Of a stretch of 64,000 nucleotides of DNA, positions 1-12,480 are shown one piece after another (the first letter of the stretch is position 1; each line of letters opens with the position of its first letter). The translations under genes and the position numbers were made by a program. The notes beneath the pieces were generated by a model, which saw only the letters and a list, made by a program, of their open reading frames with translations, ran no database searches and was not told the origin of the DNA. The stretch comes from Glaucostegus cemiculus. Its lineage: Eukaryota. The stretch lies in the NCBI GenBank assembly GCA_976551045.1, contig CDPCPM010000329.1, positions 1,240,001 to 1,304,000 of the forward strand, written 5' to 3'.

Positions 1-467
1 ATCGTCGTTGGCACTCCTTCCCCCATCGCATTCTGCGAGCGCCTTTGCCAGAAGGACTGCGGAAACTCAGGAAGGCAGCGGATCTTTGCAAAGGCAACTA
101 GAGACGGACAGTGAACGTTGGACTTGTCAGCAACAGCCAGATCCTGGAAAATGAATCCATTTCACAAAAAGACCCAACTTTGCAAAGCAGCACAGGTTAA
201 GCATTGTAGTTAGATCAGAAGACTGGGAATAGTTTTGAAACCAGAGGTTGTCTTAAAAAAAAATACTAAAGAGAAGAAATGGATGATGAGAATCAGGGAG
301 AAGGAAACAGACAGTAAGAGCTTCTCTAAATCTGTCAGCAGGAAGAGAGCAGCTCGGGTAAATGCTGCTCTCTTTGAGGATGAGACTGAGGGCTCAATAA
401 TGAGAGTGAGAAAGTAGCTGAGAACTTGTAATTACCTTCACGGTAGAAGACGCTTAAAGCATCCAAA

Positions 468-708
468 GTAGCGTAGCGGTTAGCGCGACGCTGTTACAAC
501 GCCACCGATCGGGGTTCGATTCCCGTTGCTGACTGTGAGGAGTTTGTACGTTCTCCCGTGTCTGCGTGGGTTTCCTCCGGGTGCTCCGGTTTCCTCCCAC
601 ATTCTAAAAGACGTACAGGTAGGTTAATTTGGGAGTTTAAAATGGGCAGCGTGGACTCATTGGGCCGAAGGGGCCTGTTACTGCGCTGTAAATAAAATTA
701 AAAAAAAA
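468..708 (+). mobile_element. tRNA-derived V-SINE (HE1-like) with CR1-type 3' tail
   Basis: A/B box-like head (tagcgtagcggttag, ggttcgattccc); V-core ggagtttgtacgttctcccgtgtctgcgtgggtttcctccgggtgctccggtttcctcccaca; tail gggccgaagggg cctgtt; A-rich end. Confidence 0.9.
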
Positions 709-1439
709 CTGCAAACAGTCACTGGTACTTGAGAAGAGGTGGCAGGCAGGTTGATGGGAGGTCCCCTGGTCTTGATGCCCTGCATCCTGGGGTCAGTGGT
801 GGTTTGATTTATGATCTCCTAACATTCTCTAGATTCTGGGAAGGTCCCAGTAGAGTTGAAATTGCATATGTAACACTTCTGTTCAGGAAAGAAAGCAGAA
901 AACAGAAACTATAGGACAGTTAGTGTGACATCTGTCACTGCGGAGAAGCTGGAATCGATGATGAAGAAAATCGTAGTCAAAAGTCCTCATTCCTTAATGG
1001 AAGGGAAATGGCGTTTGACAAACTTATTGGATTTCTTTGAGGATGTAACAAGCGAACCAGTAGATATGGTGTATATGGATTTCCAAAAGATATTGGATAA
1101 GTTGCCACGAAAAGGTGACTCCATAGAGCTCATGGCTCGGAGGGAACAGATTAGCATGGAGAGAAGATTGGTTAACTATCAGAAAACAAAGTCAGGATAA
1201 ATGGATCTGAAGCTAGCAGAGCGTCCCCCTATCATTGTTGGAATCTTAATGTTTACAATCAACATTAAAGACTAGGTGGCGATAGCCAGGCTTGCTGAGA
1301 AACGGTTGTGAGGAGCACCTAAAGAGTCAGCAAAGGGAAACAGGTTGAGTAAGTGGCCAAAATCTGGCAGATGAAGTATAATGTGGGGGCATGTGAGGTA
1401 ATCCACATGTTTTCTCATATTTTACTACTTGTATTTCCA

Positions 1440-1750
1440 CACAATGCAGAACCATTTGGCCCATCAAGTCTGTGCTAGCTGTCAGAGTGCACCCTTCAGT
1501 CCAATTCCCCACTAACTAACTCGCAATACATTTTCTCTCATTATCATCAACCCCCCCGGATTCTTCTGTCTACAAACTAGGGACAAGTTACTGTAGCCAG
1601 TTAACCCACCAACAACACATCTTCAGGGTGTGGGAGGAAACTGGAGCACATGGGGGAAACCCACATGGTCACGGGGGCACCATGCAGACTGCACACTGAC
1701 AGCACCCAAGGTCACGATTAAACAAGGGTTGCTGGAGCTCTGAGGCAAAC
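1440..1750 (-). mobile_element. V-SINE, older copy
   Basis: Reverse complement of the V-core (tgtgggaggaaactggagcac..ggaaacccacatggtcacgggg) and of the CR1-type tail (ccatttggcccatc). Confidence 0.8.
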
Positions 1751-2687
1751 ACTCTATTCTGAAGATTAGAAAAGCAGATAATTATTTAAATGGAGAGAGG
1801 CTACAGAAAGCAGCTGTAGATAGGGTCTGGGCATCTTTCTTCATGAAGTACTGAAATTTGGGACTGCAAGTAATTAGGAAGACAAATGAAACGTTGGCTA
1901 TTATTGCAAAGAGATGAAGTTCAAAGGTCTTGCTACAACTACAGGACATTGGTGAGACTGCAGCCAGCGTACTGCTTTGGTCTTATTTAAGGAGGGATAC
2001 ACTTATCGTTGGAGGCAGTTCAGAGAAAATTGACGATGTGGATTCCTGGGATGAAGAGCTTGACCTATGGGGAGAGGTTGAGCAGGAAAACCGACGCTTT
2101 TTGACATTCAGAAGAGTGAGAGATGATCCCATTGAACCACACGAGTCTGATGCGGCTTGTGGGTGCTGAGAGGACATTTCTCCATGTCTGGGAACCTGGA
2201 ACTAGGGGACAGTTTTATTATCAGGAGCTGCTTAAGATGGAGATGAGCAAGAATTTTATCTTGAATCTGTAAGGAATCTTAAATTCTTTATTGGATTGAT
2301 TATTGACGTATTTACAGCCTGTAGTTTTAAACTGCCCTTCAAATTGCCTTCTCTGTTTCTCCTGCATTGAACCTCATTTATCTGATAGGTCACCTCAGTC
2401 TTTTATTAGATAGGAGGACCCTAGCTTGTTCAGTGTCTCCTGAAAGCTTTTCCCCATGCTCTTTATGTGCAATACTGTTGATATTTGTGAATAACTTGTT
2501 TGTCTTACTGTGGTTTATGGTGTTGGAGCTGCTTCTAGTGACACCAGATTTCTCTCAGCCCTGCAGTGGATTTTATTCCTTGTTGTCAACTTTATTTGGC
2601 AATGGAAATACAACAGTGGTCGAGTGTATAAATGATGGACAGCACACTCCTTTATGTCTTATTAATCGTCTGTCTCTCCTCTCCCAG

Positions 2688-2777
2688 AGCAACGATGGAG
2701 AGCCACCTGGAGACTCCGTACAATGTCCCCGACATTGTGATCACTATTGCCAACAACGATATTGATTTCGTTATCAG
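2688..2777 (+). CDS. BCKDK: Branched-chain ketoacid dehydrogenase kinase, internal coding exon (third from last)
   Basis: Pyrimidine tract plus ctcccag acceptor and AG|gtaaat donor; 90 bp, phase 2-2. Translates (R)[29 protein letters not shown](R), matching recalled human [35 protein letters not shown]. Confidence 0.96.
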
Positions 2778-3429
2778 GTAAATAATTTAACATCACATGC
2801 TAACACAGGGAGATGGGTTATTCAACTTGTGCCTTTGTTTTGGCATCGACAGCCTCTCCCCTTACACGCTAAGATCACCTTTGTGTCAACTGTGCTTTTG
2901 GCAAGATCTTTATTTACCTATGGAAACGGAGATTGGAGAGGAGCAGGGAAATGCTGAGCAGTAGGATTTGCTGCCAGCCTTGCCCCTGCTCTTGCTGTGC
3001 AGTTCATCAGACAGCCCATTTATACCTGTCAGTGCTGCTCCATGAGTGAGGCCTGGGAAGGTGGCCCTCATCCTGTCCCACGCTCCACCCGCAGAAAACC
3101 GAGCAGCTCTGCTATCTAGGAAGCCAGGTTAAGAATCAACTGCTTCAGCCTTGAAGCCACCGGATGGCCTGTGGGATGGTGGAGCATCTGTTGAGGATGA
3201 CAGTGTGCTGTCTGTGGTCTTCAGTGGGGAGGAAGTGTTGTAAGCCAGCAACTGATTGATCTGCTCCTCCACACTTGCTGCCTCATCTGCAGCATTTCAC
3301 CAAGCTTTCAGCTTCCAAATTTCTGCTGGTGAAGTTGCTGCTTGGTTAGTTTAATATGGTTTGGCATTTCTTCTGTTAACTGAAAGCAATTCTGCCTTAG
3401 ATCTGGGATAAGGTGGTACTGACTTAAGT

Positions 3430-4305
3430 AGAAACAGAGATATAGAGTTGTACAGCAGGGAAACAGGCCATTCAGCCCATTATGTACACACCATCCAGTG
3501 GGCACCCATCCATGTTAATCCCGTCTCCCAGCACTTGGCCGAGGTGATCTAAGTGCTCACCTAGGCTCCTCTTCAATACTGTGGGTGACTCTGCTTCCAC
3601 CACTGTGTCCGGCAGTGTGTTCCAGGTACTCACTGCTCTCTGGGTGAAAACCATCCCCCTCGGAGCCCCTCTCAATCTCTTCCCCTCTACCATATGGTAA
3701 AAAGTTTCCTGCAGTCTACCCATCTATACCCTTCATAATTTTATACACCTCAATTATGTTCCTTCTTAACCTCCACCACAGGGAGGACAGACCCAGCCTC
3801 TCTAGGCTCCATCCCAGACAACCTCCTAATCTCTTCTGTACCCTCGTCACCAGTATCACATCTTTCTTGTCATGTAGTCATCAGAACTGCAGGCAGTACT
3901 CCAGCTGAGGTCTGACCAGTGATTTATAAAGCTGCAGCACGACCTCCCTACTCTCGTATTCAATGCCTGACTAATGAATGACCACTGTCCCATTTGCTGC
4001 CTTAACCACATTGTCTATGTGCGCTGCTACCTTCAAGGATCTTTGGACATAACCAAGGTCCCTCTGTTCCTCAGTACTCCCAAGCATCGTACCGTTCACG
4101 GTGTATGTCCTAACCTCACAGACCCTCCCAAAATGCATCACCTCCCTTTTAAATTGCATCTGCCACTTCTCAGCCTATTTCACCAACACCTCGATATCAC
4201 CCTGAAGCCTGGGACTGCCCTGCACACAGTCAACAACTCCACCAATCTTGGTGCCTTCTGTGAACTCACTGATCATGCCTCCACCCCTTCCAGTCATTCA
4301 CTTAT
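3430..4305 (-). mobile_element. CR1 LINE 3' fragment
   Basis: Minus-strand ORFs contain EVMHFGR..EQRDLG..SLKVAAHIDNVVK and FTQRAVSTWNTLP. The CR1 3' tail appears reverse-complemented at about 3440-3480. Confidence 0.85.
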
Positions 4306-4479
4306 GTTACACGCAGCCGGGGCTTGGACAAATCCCAGCAGTTCAGGAGAAGCACAGAAACAAGATAATTTCCTACTTTAAATTGGTTTAATTGTTTCCC
4401 GGTATGTTTCAGTACTTTAATTTCCATTCAGCGTTTTAAATCAAATGGTTAAATCATTACAGATAGGTTTTTGTTCCAA

Positions 4480-5095
4480 ATAATGTTTGTCGTACTTGGA
4501 TTTGACGTTTCCAATACAATCCCGTATGTTCTTCCTCCAACTTGTAACTGGCCATGGGCCAGGGATTCCTGAGGGTCGGGGCATGCTTTCAAGGAGCCTT
4601 TGAGCACAGCCTGGAACCATTTCCTCCCTTCCCGTGACACAGCTCAGCACGGCGTGCTTGTTCCCAGAGTCTGGTGTTGGGCATGCGAATGATTTGGCTG
4701 CTCGGTGGAACCACTCAAATGTAACTAGGGCCTCAACGTTGCAGGAAGACAGACATTGATTTGCTTTACCCTTCAGTGGTTTGGAGGATTTTGCAGGGAT
4801 TTTTTAATAAAATTCCTATCTTTCAAGTGCCTTGAGGTGCCTGCTTTAGATAGTTGAGGTCTCAGTTGCATAGAGGAGGGTAAGTTGAGTTTATCGTCAA
4901 GTGCACAAGTACGGTGATGTACAAGTACAACGAACTTGCAGCAGCATCACGGGCACATAGATACAGACAAGTAGGTAGGCACCTAGGGCAGGGATCCCTG
5001 CTGCTTTGTAAACATTCTGCGCCTTATCCAGGATCTTCGAATACCTAATTCCTCATTCAGTCAAAGCCTCTTCTGGCATATTGAAGACCAACACA
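4480..5095 (-). mobile_element. RTE (BovB-like) LINE fragment, decayed
   Basis: Minus-strand translation across frameshifts gives VYKAAGIPAL, RHLKALER..KILQ, IRMPNTRL, RKWFQAVLKGSLKAC and WRKNIRD, matching RTE-BovB ORF C-terminal motifs. Interrupted by a short unrelated tail fragment at about 4880-4970. Confidence 0.7.
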
Positions 5096-5129
5096 GTAAA
5101 CAAGCAAAGATTAACATTTAAATAATTAA

Positions 5130-6420
5130 CAAGTTATTATTAAAATACATATCCTTTCAGGCACAAAAAAATCTAATAGGAAAAGTGGCCCTGCGCAGCT
5201 CACAGAAGAGGCTAATGATAAAGTGGCCCTGCGCAGCTTACAGGAGAGGCTAATGATAAAGTGGCCCTGCGCAGCTTACAGGAGAGGCTAATGATAAAGT
5301 TAGATCACAAGAAGACCTTTGTAATGTTGACAGGAAAAAGTAGTGAGGCCAAGGATCAGGAATGTTTCAGAGTCCAGCAAAGGAGGACCAGTCCACTGAG
5401 AGAGAATGGGGAAAGTAGGAAGAGTGTCATCCAGTGAAAAGCATAAAACGGGACTGTAAATGTTACTACAGATGTTTAATAAAAGGAGAAGATAGGCAGA
5501 AGTTACAGAGAGGAAATATCATACAGGGGAAAAGAGAAATTAAACATCTTGTGTCTATCAACATGGAAAAGGCATCAGAAAACCTGGAAGCAATATGGAG
5601 ATTAACAGATCTAGTGAAGAATGACATTAGCCAAAAAATGGAGAAATTAATGAGATCGAGGGTCGATAAATGCCCAGCACCTGAAGACCTACGTCCCAAG
5701 GCTCTGAAGGAGGTGGATGTTGAGATGATGGGTCCACTCGTTAACTTCCAAACTTCCATAGTGTGGAAGGTGTGTGGAGAAACTTGGCTCCTTGCAAAGA
5801 CTGGAAGGTAGGAATGTCGCCTCATTATGCAGGAAAGGAAGGAGAGAGGAAATGGGCAACTACAGACAAGTGAGCCCGTTTTCTGTAATGTGGGGAATGT
5901 TAGAATCCATTGGTAGGGAACTGGTAACAGGGCACAGAGAAAGTAATAAGATTTGGCAGAGCCAACAGGGATTTATGAAAGGGAAATCGTATTTGAAAAT
6001 CTGTAAAGAGTTTTGTTTGAGGTTGTAATGGCCAAATGGATGAGGGGAAACCAGTGAGGGTATGTATTTGGACTAACAAAGCTGTCACTTGAAGTTACTA
6101 AACAAAAATAGGGCATATGTTATGTACCGCCACAGACTGAAAAATAGGTAGTGGATAGAGAACAGGAACAAGTGGATCATTTCTCAGTTGAGAGACTGTA
6201 GTTGTCTTGTGCTGTAGCCCCAGCTGTTCACAATCTATATCAATGATTTGGATGAGAGGACCATGTATAATATACCTGAGTATGCTGATGTTATGAATCT
6301 GGGCAACAGGATGAGTTTTGAGGAGGATGCAGAGAGACTTCAAGGGAATATGGACAGGCCATGTAAATGGATGAGGGCATGGCAGATGGAATATTATGTG
6401 GAAAGTGTGAGGTCATATTG
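5130..6420 (+). mobile_element. Decayed CR1 LINE ORF2
   Basis: ORFs contain DKCPAPEDLRPKALKEV, GNYRQVS, SQQGFMKGKSYL, IYINDLDE and LQGNMDR..WQMEY. Confidence 0.85.
5182..5300 (+). repeat. Tandem repeat, 38-bp unit x3.1
   Basis: aaagtggccctgcgcagcttacaggagaggctaatgat starts at 5182, 5220 and 5258. Copies 2 and 3 are identical; copy 1 has 2 substitutions. Confidence 0.95.
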
Positions 6421-7824
6421 GGTTAATGGTTGTGATGTGCCGTTGCCTTGCTGTAGTCACATTGACAGTGTGCATGAGCCACCTACTACACTGAACTGCC
6501 AGTGTGACATCCAATGGTGAGACTATACTGCTTCTGTTTCGATATGTCATGATGACCAGTGTTGTTATTCACTGTTACAAACCTTAATTATTATATCGTC
6601 AACCCTCAACAATGGAAGAGTTGTTGGGCTGTGGATAAAAGTTTGAAATTTATAAGATTAATTTCATGGGCAATCAGCTGACTGTAAAGGTTAAAATGTG
6701 ACTAGGCACATCAGTGGAAAACTCTAGGTTAACATCAGTGCTCGCTGGCTTTGAATATCCATCCTTGCAGAGCTAGTTGTGTCCAGGTGAAGAACATCTT
6801 AGTTGGCACTGTATCGAGCTTTTCATTGGGGGCAGGTCATTTATTGAGCTTCAGTGCTGTGTAATAAGTGCTGCCGATTCGAAGGAGTGTTGAATAGTGA
6901 TATCCTCCGACTCTGTTAAAGCTTGACATTTCCTAATTACGGCAAGTGGGATCTGGATTTCAAGTTGTGTAATAATAGAGATTGAAATGGGAAACAAGTT
7001 AACAATGTTATAAAAAATCAACTTTTTGTTTCCTCCTTTTTGTTCATCCATTTTCATTCCTGTTTCTGTTGTAACTTCTTGCTAACCTATAAATCCAGCC
7101 AAACGTTTTAGCTCCACTGGGTAAATACATGTCATTGTGACTGTCCAGCCACAGCTCAAAGCAAATTCCTGGGAATGGATCAAGAAATTGTGCTGAAGAA
7201 GGGCGCAGCCAGTTCCAGCCGGCACTTTGTTGGATCCTTCAGAGCACTGAGGGTTTGCACAGAGCAAGGGAGGTCAGACACTTGCCGTATTCTGTTGCAA
7301 GCCTGGGTAATTTGTGACCAATCGCACTCTGCCCAGACCAGTTGTCCAGTAAACTGTTGTAACGCTGGGAACTGCAGCTGTAATGTGAGCATAACAAGAT
7401 TCCCCGTAGACCACAATAAGTCAGAGATCCCATGAATCTGTTGGTTTATTAGATAGGCCAGATACCACTGAATAGTGTCGTTAGATCTTTTTCCATTCAT
7501 TTGAAAGGGGACAGTGTGATCATTTGCAGAGGTGACATCACTCCCCGAGGGCTGTGTTGGAGTGTTAGACTGGTTAATGTGCACAGTCCATAGTAACAAA
7601 TATCTTAGTCATCAAAAACCTTCTATGCTGATAAATAAAACTCCATTCACGGAATCTGAAGTAAACTCCAAATGAAATCCTTCAAGTGGGCTCTGCTAGT
7701 GGATCAATCACTGTGCAGCCTGGAACTGAGCAATATTGTGTCTTATTTAGCTGATCTGAGGCTGGTTGGATGTAGAGCTGCTGCAGTGGGAGTGAGAGAG
7801 TTGTGGTTTGTATTTGTGATTTGG

Positions 7825-8050
7825 TTACCCTTTCTAATGCATCTTTCCAGATGTGGGTGGCCTTTGGGTAAGTTGGTGTTTATTGCCCACCCTGACTACC
7901 CTTTGGGAAAGTGCTGGTGAGCTACCTTCTTAAACTGCCAGAGGCCTTCCGATAAAGAGACCCCTGCACAGTGACAGAGGGCAGTCCCAGGTTTCAAGCT
8001 CAGCAAGGCTGAAGGAACAGCAGCCGTGAGGAGAAGTTGTCTGGGTACAC
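7825..8050 (-). mobile_element. 3' end of a CR1/L2-group LINE (same family as 49160-50280)
   Basis: gatgtgggtg..tttattgcccaccctgactaccctttgggaaagtgctggtgagctaccttct is the reverse complement of the tail at about 50180-50260. Confidence 0.6.
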
Positions 8051-8137
8051 TCCAGGTGACAGTGGAATGAGCTCCTCATTCTACTAGCGGTAGCACCAAT
8101 GGACTAATCCACATACAAAGGATGAACAGTGAGGTGA

Positions 8138-8265
8138 TGGCCCAGAGGGTGTCTGCACTTCCACTGCAGTGTAGCCCTGGATCTGCAGGAGATGACTGCA
8201 GTGGCCCAGAGGGTGTCTGCAGTCCCACTGCAGTGTAGCCCTGGATCTGCAGGACATGACTGCAG
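8138..8265 (+). repeat. Tandem duplication, 64-bp unit x2
   Basis: tggcccagagggtgtctgca...gatgactgcag starts at 8138 and 8202, with 3 mismatches. Confidence 0.95.
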
Positions 8266-8457
8266 CGATTTTGCTTTTGGATAAATTTATCAATCCAGTT
8301 GAAAAGATTTACAGTGGAGGGTTTCTGCTGTCAGTGCAGCTAGGGCTACCATTCATCACAGCACAGTACACACATCCTACGGTGCAATCTGCATGTGTCT
8401 GGGATTTTAGCCAGTTAGAATAAATAGCATTTGAAAGTTGCTTGTGTTTTATATTGA

Positions 8458-8648
8458 AAAGAAATCTGAAATAAAAGAAACTGATAAACACCCAGCAGGT
8501 CAGGCAGCATCTATGGAGAGGGAAACCGGTACCATTTCAGGTCAAAGAGAAACAAAGCTAACAGAGACTCTGAGGTTGTTGCCATTTCTCTCTCCACGGA
8601 TGCTGCCTGTCCTGTTCAGCATTCCCACCACTTTCTGCTTTTATTCCA
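8458..8648. mobile_element. Palindromic non-autonomous element built from Penelope-like termini
   Basis: Inverted arms cagcaggtcaggcagcatctatggagag and ctctccacggatgctgcctgtcctgttcag; same sequence as the Penelope 3' terminus at 13160-13260. Confidence 0.75.
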
Positions 8649-9259
8649 CGTACTACTTCTGTTTAAAGGGTTTTCATTAGGAAACCTCGGCTGTGAACGA
8701 GGTTGAGTGTGGATTGCCATGATTGCTACTCAGCTCGACTGACAGAGCAGATTAAGTGGTTTACACAGTGTTTTCTCCCCGGTTCCCCAAAATGCTGGCT
8801 CATCACGTCTGCGTCCTGCATTTAGGAAACAGTAAGGCAGTGTGATCAGTCGGTGGCACATTCTGTGGTTAATGAAGTGGGCAGCTGTCTCACTGATGCA
8901 TCAAAGTACAAGTACATAACAACATCCCTACTCATAAAGGCAAACATCACAAGGCCAAAGCTGTTTAGCAGAAAAAAGCAGTACAAAGTGCAGTGTTGGA
9001 GAGTTGAAAGGCAAACATTGATTTCTACCATGGCTGCACTCCTCAGCGGGAGGTAAATGGATTGTGCTTATAATCTTTAGTATCATGCTCAGTGTCAGAA
9101 ACATACAGGGAACTCCAGCCACAGCTGCACAACACCATGCACACACCACAGGTCACGGGACGGGACAGTACACACACCCAATGTGGTACAGTGCTGTCTG
9201 CTACACAACTTAGTGCATGGAGAGAGAGAGAGAGAATGTGTGTGTGCAGGCATGTATGT

Positions 9260-9490
9260 ATTCTGAAATAAAGACGACAAATGCCGGAAACACTCAGCAG
9301 GTCATCCATCTGTGGTGGGGAAAATGGTCTTCAACCTGAAAAATTGACCTTTCATCCGAAGAAGGATCTTTGACCTGAAACTTTAACTCTCTTCCTCGCT
9401 CCAAACTCCGTGTCTCTCTCCGCAGATGCTGCCTGACCTGCCGAGTGTTTTCCTGTTTTTATTTCCGATTTCCAGCAGTTTCCGGTTTTC
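9260..9490. mobile_element. Palindromic Penelope-derived element with degenerate hammerhead motifs
   Basis: Arms gaaacactcagcaggtca and tgacctgccgagtgtttt. The centre contains ccgaagaaggatctttgacctgaaac, a degenerate CUGANGA..GAAA core. Confidence 0.7.
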
Positions 9491-10849
9491 AGTGACTTGT
9501 TGGGTGGGGGGTGGAAGTGAGTCTTCAGCTACTGACACACAGTATGGACAGGGCTGCCAAAGGGCCTGTTTCTCTGCTCAGTGACTAAACGTGCGCAGTG
9601 CTCGGTGCTGCACATTTGGTTCGCTTTATTTCAGTGGAACTGCGCGTGTGGAGGTGATTGAAGCCAGTCAGTGCGAGTGACCAAATCTTGTGTCATCGAG
9701 GTTTGCTGCTGTACACCAGGGTCCAGGGTGCTGTGTGGTGTCTGCTCCCAGTCTGTCATCTCTCCTGATTACCACCTGTGACTGTTCTAGCCAGGGGCTT
9801 GTCAGATCATGCAAGGAGGCAAGGTCAGTGGTGAAGTTGCCTTGCAGGGCTGCGTAACTTGGCCCAGGGTACATCTCCCACACAAAATCCTGCTGCACAG
9901 CACCCGCAGGTGCCTAGAGTCCCCAGTCACCAACCCTGCAGCTTCAGAGTGGATTGAAAAGTAAAGTAGGTGCAGTGTAAATTCGAGGCATGGTCAAACC
10001 ACGTTATGACATCTGGTGACCCGAAGTACTGTTCGTTGATTTTTACTTGAGAGGATCTTGGGAGGTCAGTCTGCAAGGGGCAGCAGTCGGTATTTGATTG
10101 GAACAACTGTGGCTCCAGTTTGTCCCCAGTTGGGTGTGTGTCTTCACTATCCAGACCCCAAGATGTGGGATTCCCACCCTAAACATACCCTGTTCCCTGC
10201 TTGAAGCTGCTTCTTAAGAGTGACCAAGCAGTTTGTTGGCTTAATTACCTTGATCTTAAAAGCTGCCTGTTTTGGCTCGGAAGTGCTGGAGTTTATCAGC
10301 CGATTGAGGTTAGGGACTCCCGAAGGAAAGCAGGTGTTCTGAACACCTCATGGGGAGACTGCACTCTGTTGTAGGGTCCTCACGGAGTGTAGGAAAAGCT
10401 CCTCACCTGCAAGAAAGAGGGAATTGTGGAAATAACCCTGGGAAAGTAGGGGATTATCTGCAGGAATGTTGAAGGGTTGTGCTGACATCTCCCTGTGTAT
10501 CAATAACCATCGTAGGCTGTCACTTTCCAACCATTGATCCAAGTTGTGCAAGAGCTTCTTGCTGTCAAACTTGCTTGCACGCTGCCCCATGACATGGGAG
10601 TAAATGCCTCCATTTTTTCTCTCACATTGGGATCTTGCGTCCATGCCAGAGATTAGTTTGCAGTTGACAGATTTGTGGTAGAACCTGAATGGAGCATCAG
10701 TAAATAAGTGATTAGTGAATGGGTGTAAGGGGTTGTTGATGGTTCCTTTAATATGTAACTGATAGAGAGGATGAGATGTATTAGGGAGGCAGTTAACAGA
10801 GCAGTGTGTCCTTTTCTCGTAAGTGCTTTGCACTTTTTCTTCCAATCCG

Positions 10850-11295
10850 ATTTCCCCATCTAAGGAAGGATATACATGGGACAGGGGGAATGCAACAAAG
10901 GTTCGCCCGATTGGGGTGCCTGGTTGTGGAAGGAGGAGAGTTTAAACAGACTGGGTCTATCTCCTGTGGAGTTTAGGAGAATGAAGAGTGATCAGTCTTT
11001 CTGCAGCATACAACATTCCAGTACTTGAAAGGGTAAATGCAGGGAAGATGTCTGCCCTGGCTGGGGTGAGTGGAACTGGTAGCTCAAAGTAAGGGGTCAG
11101 CCATTCAGCACTGAGATGATGTGAAATTCTCTGCTCGAGGGCTGCAGAGTGCATCTGAGACAGATCCATGGATCTTGGGATGTACATGTAAGCAGTGGAG
11201 ATGAGGTTGACGTTGGACAGTGCTGCTGAGGTGTTGGTGCTGAAGCATGGAGCAGACACGAGGGACCTAGTGGCCGACTCCTGTTCCATTTCTTA
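10850..11295 (+). mobile_element. CR1 LINE 3' fragment, decayed
   Basis: ctaaggaaggatatac..ggagtttaggagaatgaagagtgatc.. and a CR1 tail ggagcagacacgagggacctagtggccgactcctgttcc. Confidence 0.75.
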
Positions 11296-11720
11296 CCTCT
11301 CAACCCCTAATTCTGTCAAAGTGACGAGTGCACTGAAAAGTGGGTATCATTGAATTATCTGAAATTCCACCCACTTTCAACAAAATGCATCAGAACCGAT
11401 AGCATTTTCAAACTCTTGGCTTCTGCTATTAACTAACAAAATAACATATTCCCAAACTACTGAAATTTAGAAGTACAAGTGATGGGTGTCTATGTTGAAC
11501 AGACCATTAGATGATACAGTACCTGAATATTCCACCCCCCCCCCCCCAAGGACATTAAAGGCCAAGAGCCATTTTCACATCTGTCTAAATCCCTCCACCC
11601 GAGGAGAGTTCCCCCTCAGGAAGAACGCACTTTGGAAACGTTGGCAGACAGTTTGAGTGTCCCCACTGTGCGGAGAGGTTCAGTGATGCCGAGGCCACAG
11701 TTTCTGTTCTCTCGCTGCAG

Positions 11721-11876
11721 GATATCGGACCGTGGAGGTGGGATTCCGCACAACAACGTCGACAAAGTGATGAACTACCACTTCACCACGGCCGAGGAGA
11801 ACGGTCAGGATTCCCGGATGAACACGTTTTATGGTCACATGGTGAACAGCGGCCCACAGTCAGGGCCCATGCATGG
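11721..11876 (+). CDS. BCKDK: BCKDK penultimate coding exon (ATP-binding G1 box)
   Basis: ctcgctgcag acceptor and GG|gtaagg donor; 156 bp, in frame with the previous exon. Translates [53 protein letters not shown], with the DxGxG motif of the BCKDK/PDK histidine-kinase-like ATPase fold. Confidence 0.97.
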
Positions 11877-12257
11877 GTAAGGAAGGAGAGGGGGAGGGGC
11901 TGGATCTGGTGTGAGTAACTGCATTCCTGTATGGAGCATGGAAAAATTGCTGGCAGGTTAACAATGATATTTTACAGATGTTGGGGTCAGCCTGAGGTCA
12001 CTGTCAGCTGGAGCATGTTAACTGGCGCACCTTGCCTTTGGACTGTAGGTGGTGGGCAGACAGTGGGGTCTGGTATTCCCCATCTCCTCTGCGGGAGAAG
12101 CCTAATGCACCCCGCCCCTGTGTGATCTCCCACCCAGGTGCTAGCCAGGTAGCGAGTGGCTAGGCAGATAATGATATTGGTGTTGGTAATACACTGGAAG
12201 TATTGCTAAATGGGTCTTTATTTACTCTGTGCTGTGCTCTTGGAGAGGCATTGTTAC

Positions 12258-12418
12258 AGGTCAGAGTCATACAGCATGGAAACAGGCCCTTTGGCCCAGC
12301 TGGTCAAGCTTTGGCCTGGCTTAGACTGGCAAGATTCCTGTCTAAGCTAGTCTCATTTGGCTCTTAGGTTTTCCTATCCATGTGCCCCTGTCCAAGTACC
12401 TTTTAAATGTTGTTAATT
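12258..12418 (-). mobile_element. CR1 3' tail fragment
   Basis: agagtcatacagcatggaaacaggccctttggccc is the reverse complement of the elasmobranch CR1/HER1-type tail. Confidence 0.75.
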
Positions 12419-12480
12419 AATGTGAGGTGAAACTCAGGCTTTAAAATCCCTAGCACTGTTTGAAGAATAGCAGTGGGATT

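Larger units (their letters stand above)
170..2290 (+). mobile_element. Decayed CR1 LINE ORF2, interrupted by two SINEs
   Basis: ORF 925..1200 contains LTNLLDFFEDVT..VDMVYMDFQK (CR1 RT motif). CR1-like sequence continues on both sides of the SINEs at 468 and 1440. Confidence 0.8.

Noticed and set aside
468-530. tRNA gene
   Set aside because: The A/B boxes belong to a SINE head that continues into the V-core; no full cloverleaf.
5182-5300. CRISPR-like array
   Set aside because: Units are contiguous with no unique spacers, sit inside a CR1, and the DNA is vertebrate.
10348-10845. 165-aa minus-strand ORF in a BCKDK intron
   Set aside because: No convincing domain; possibly retroelement debris, but I could not assign a family.
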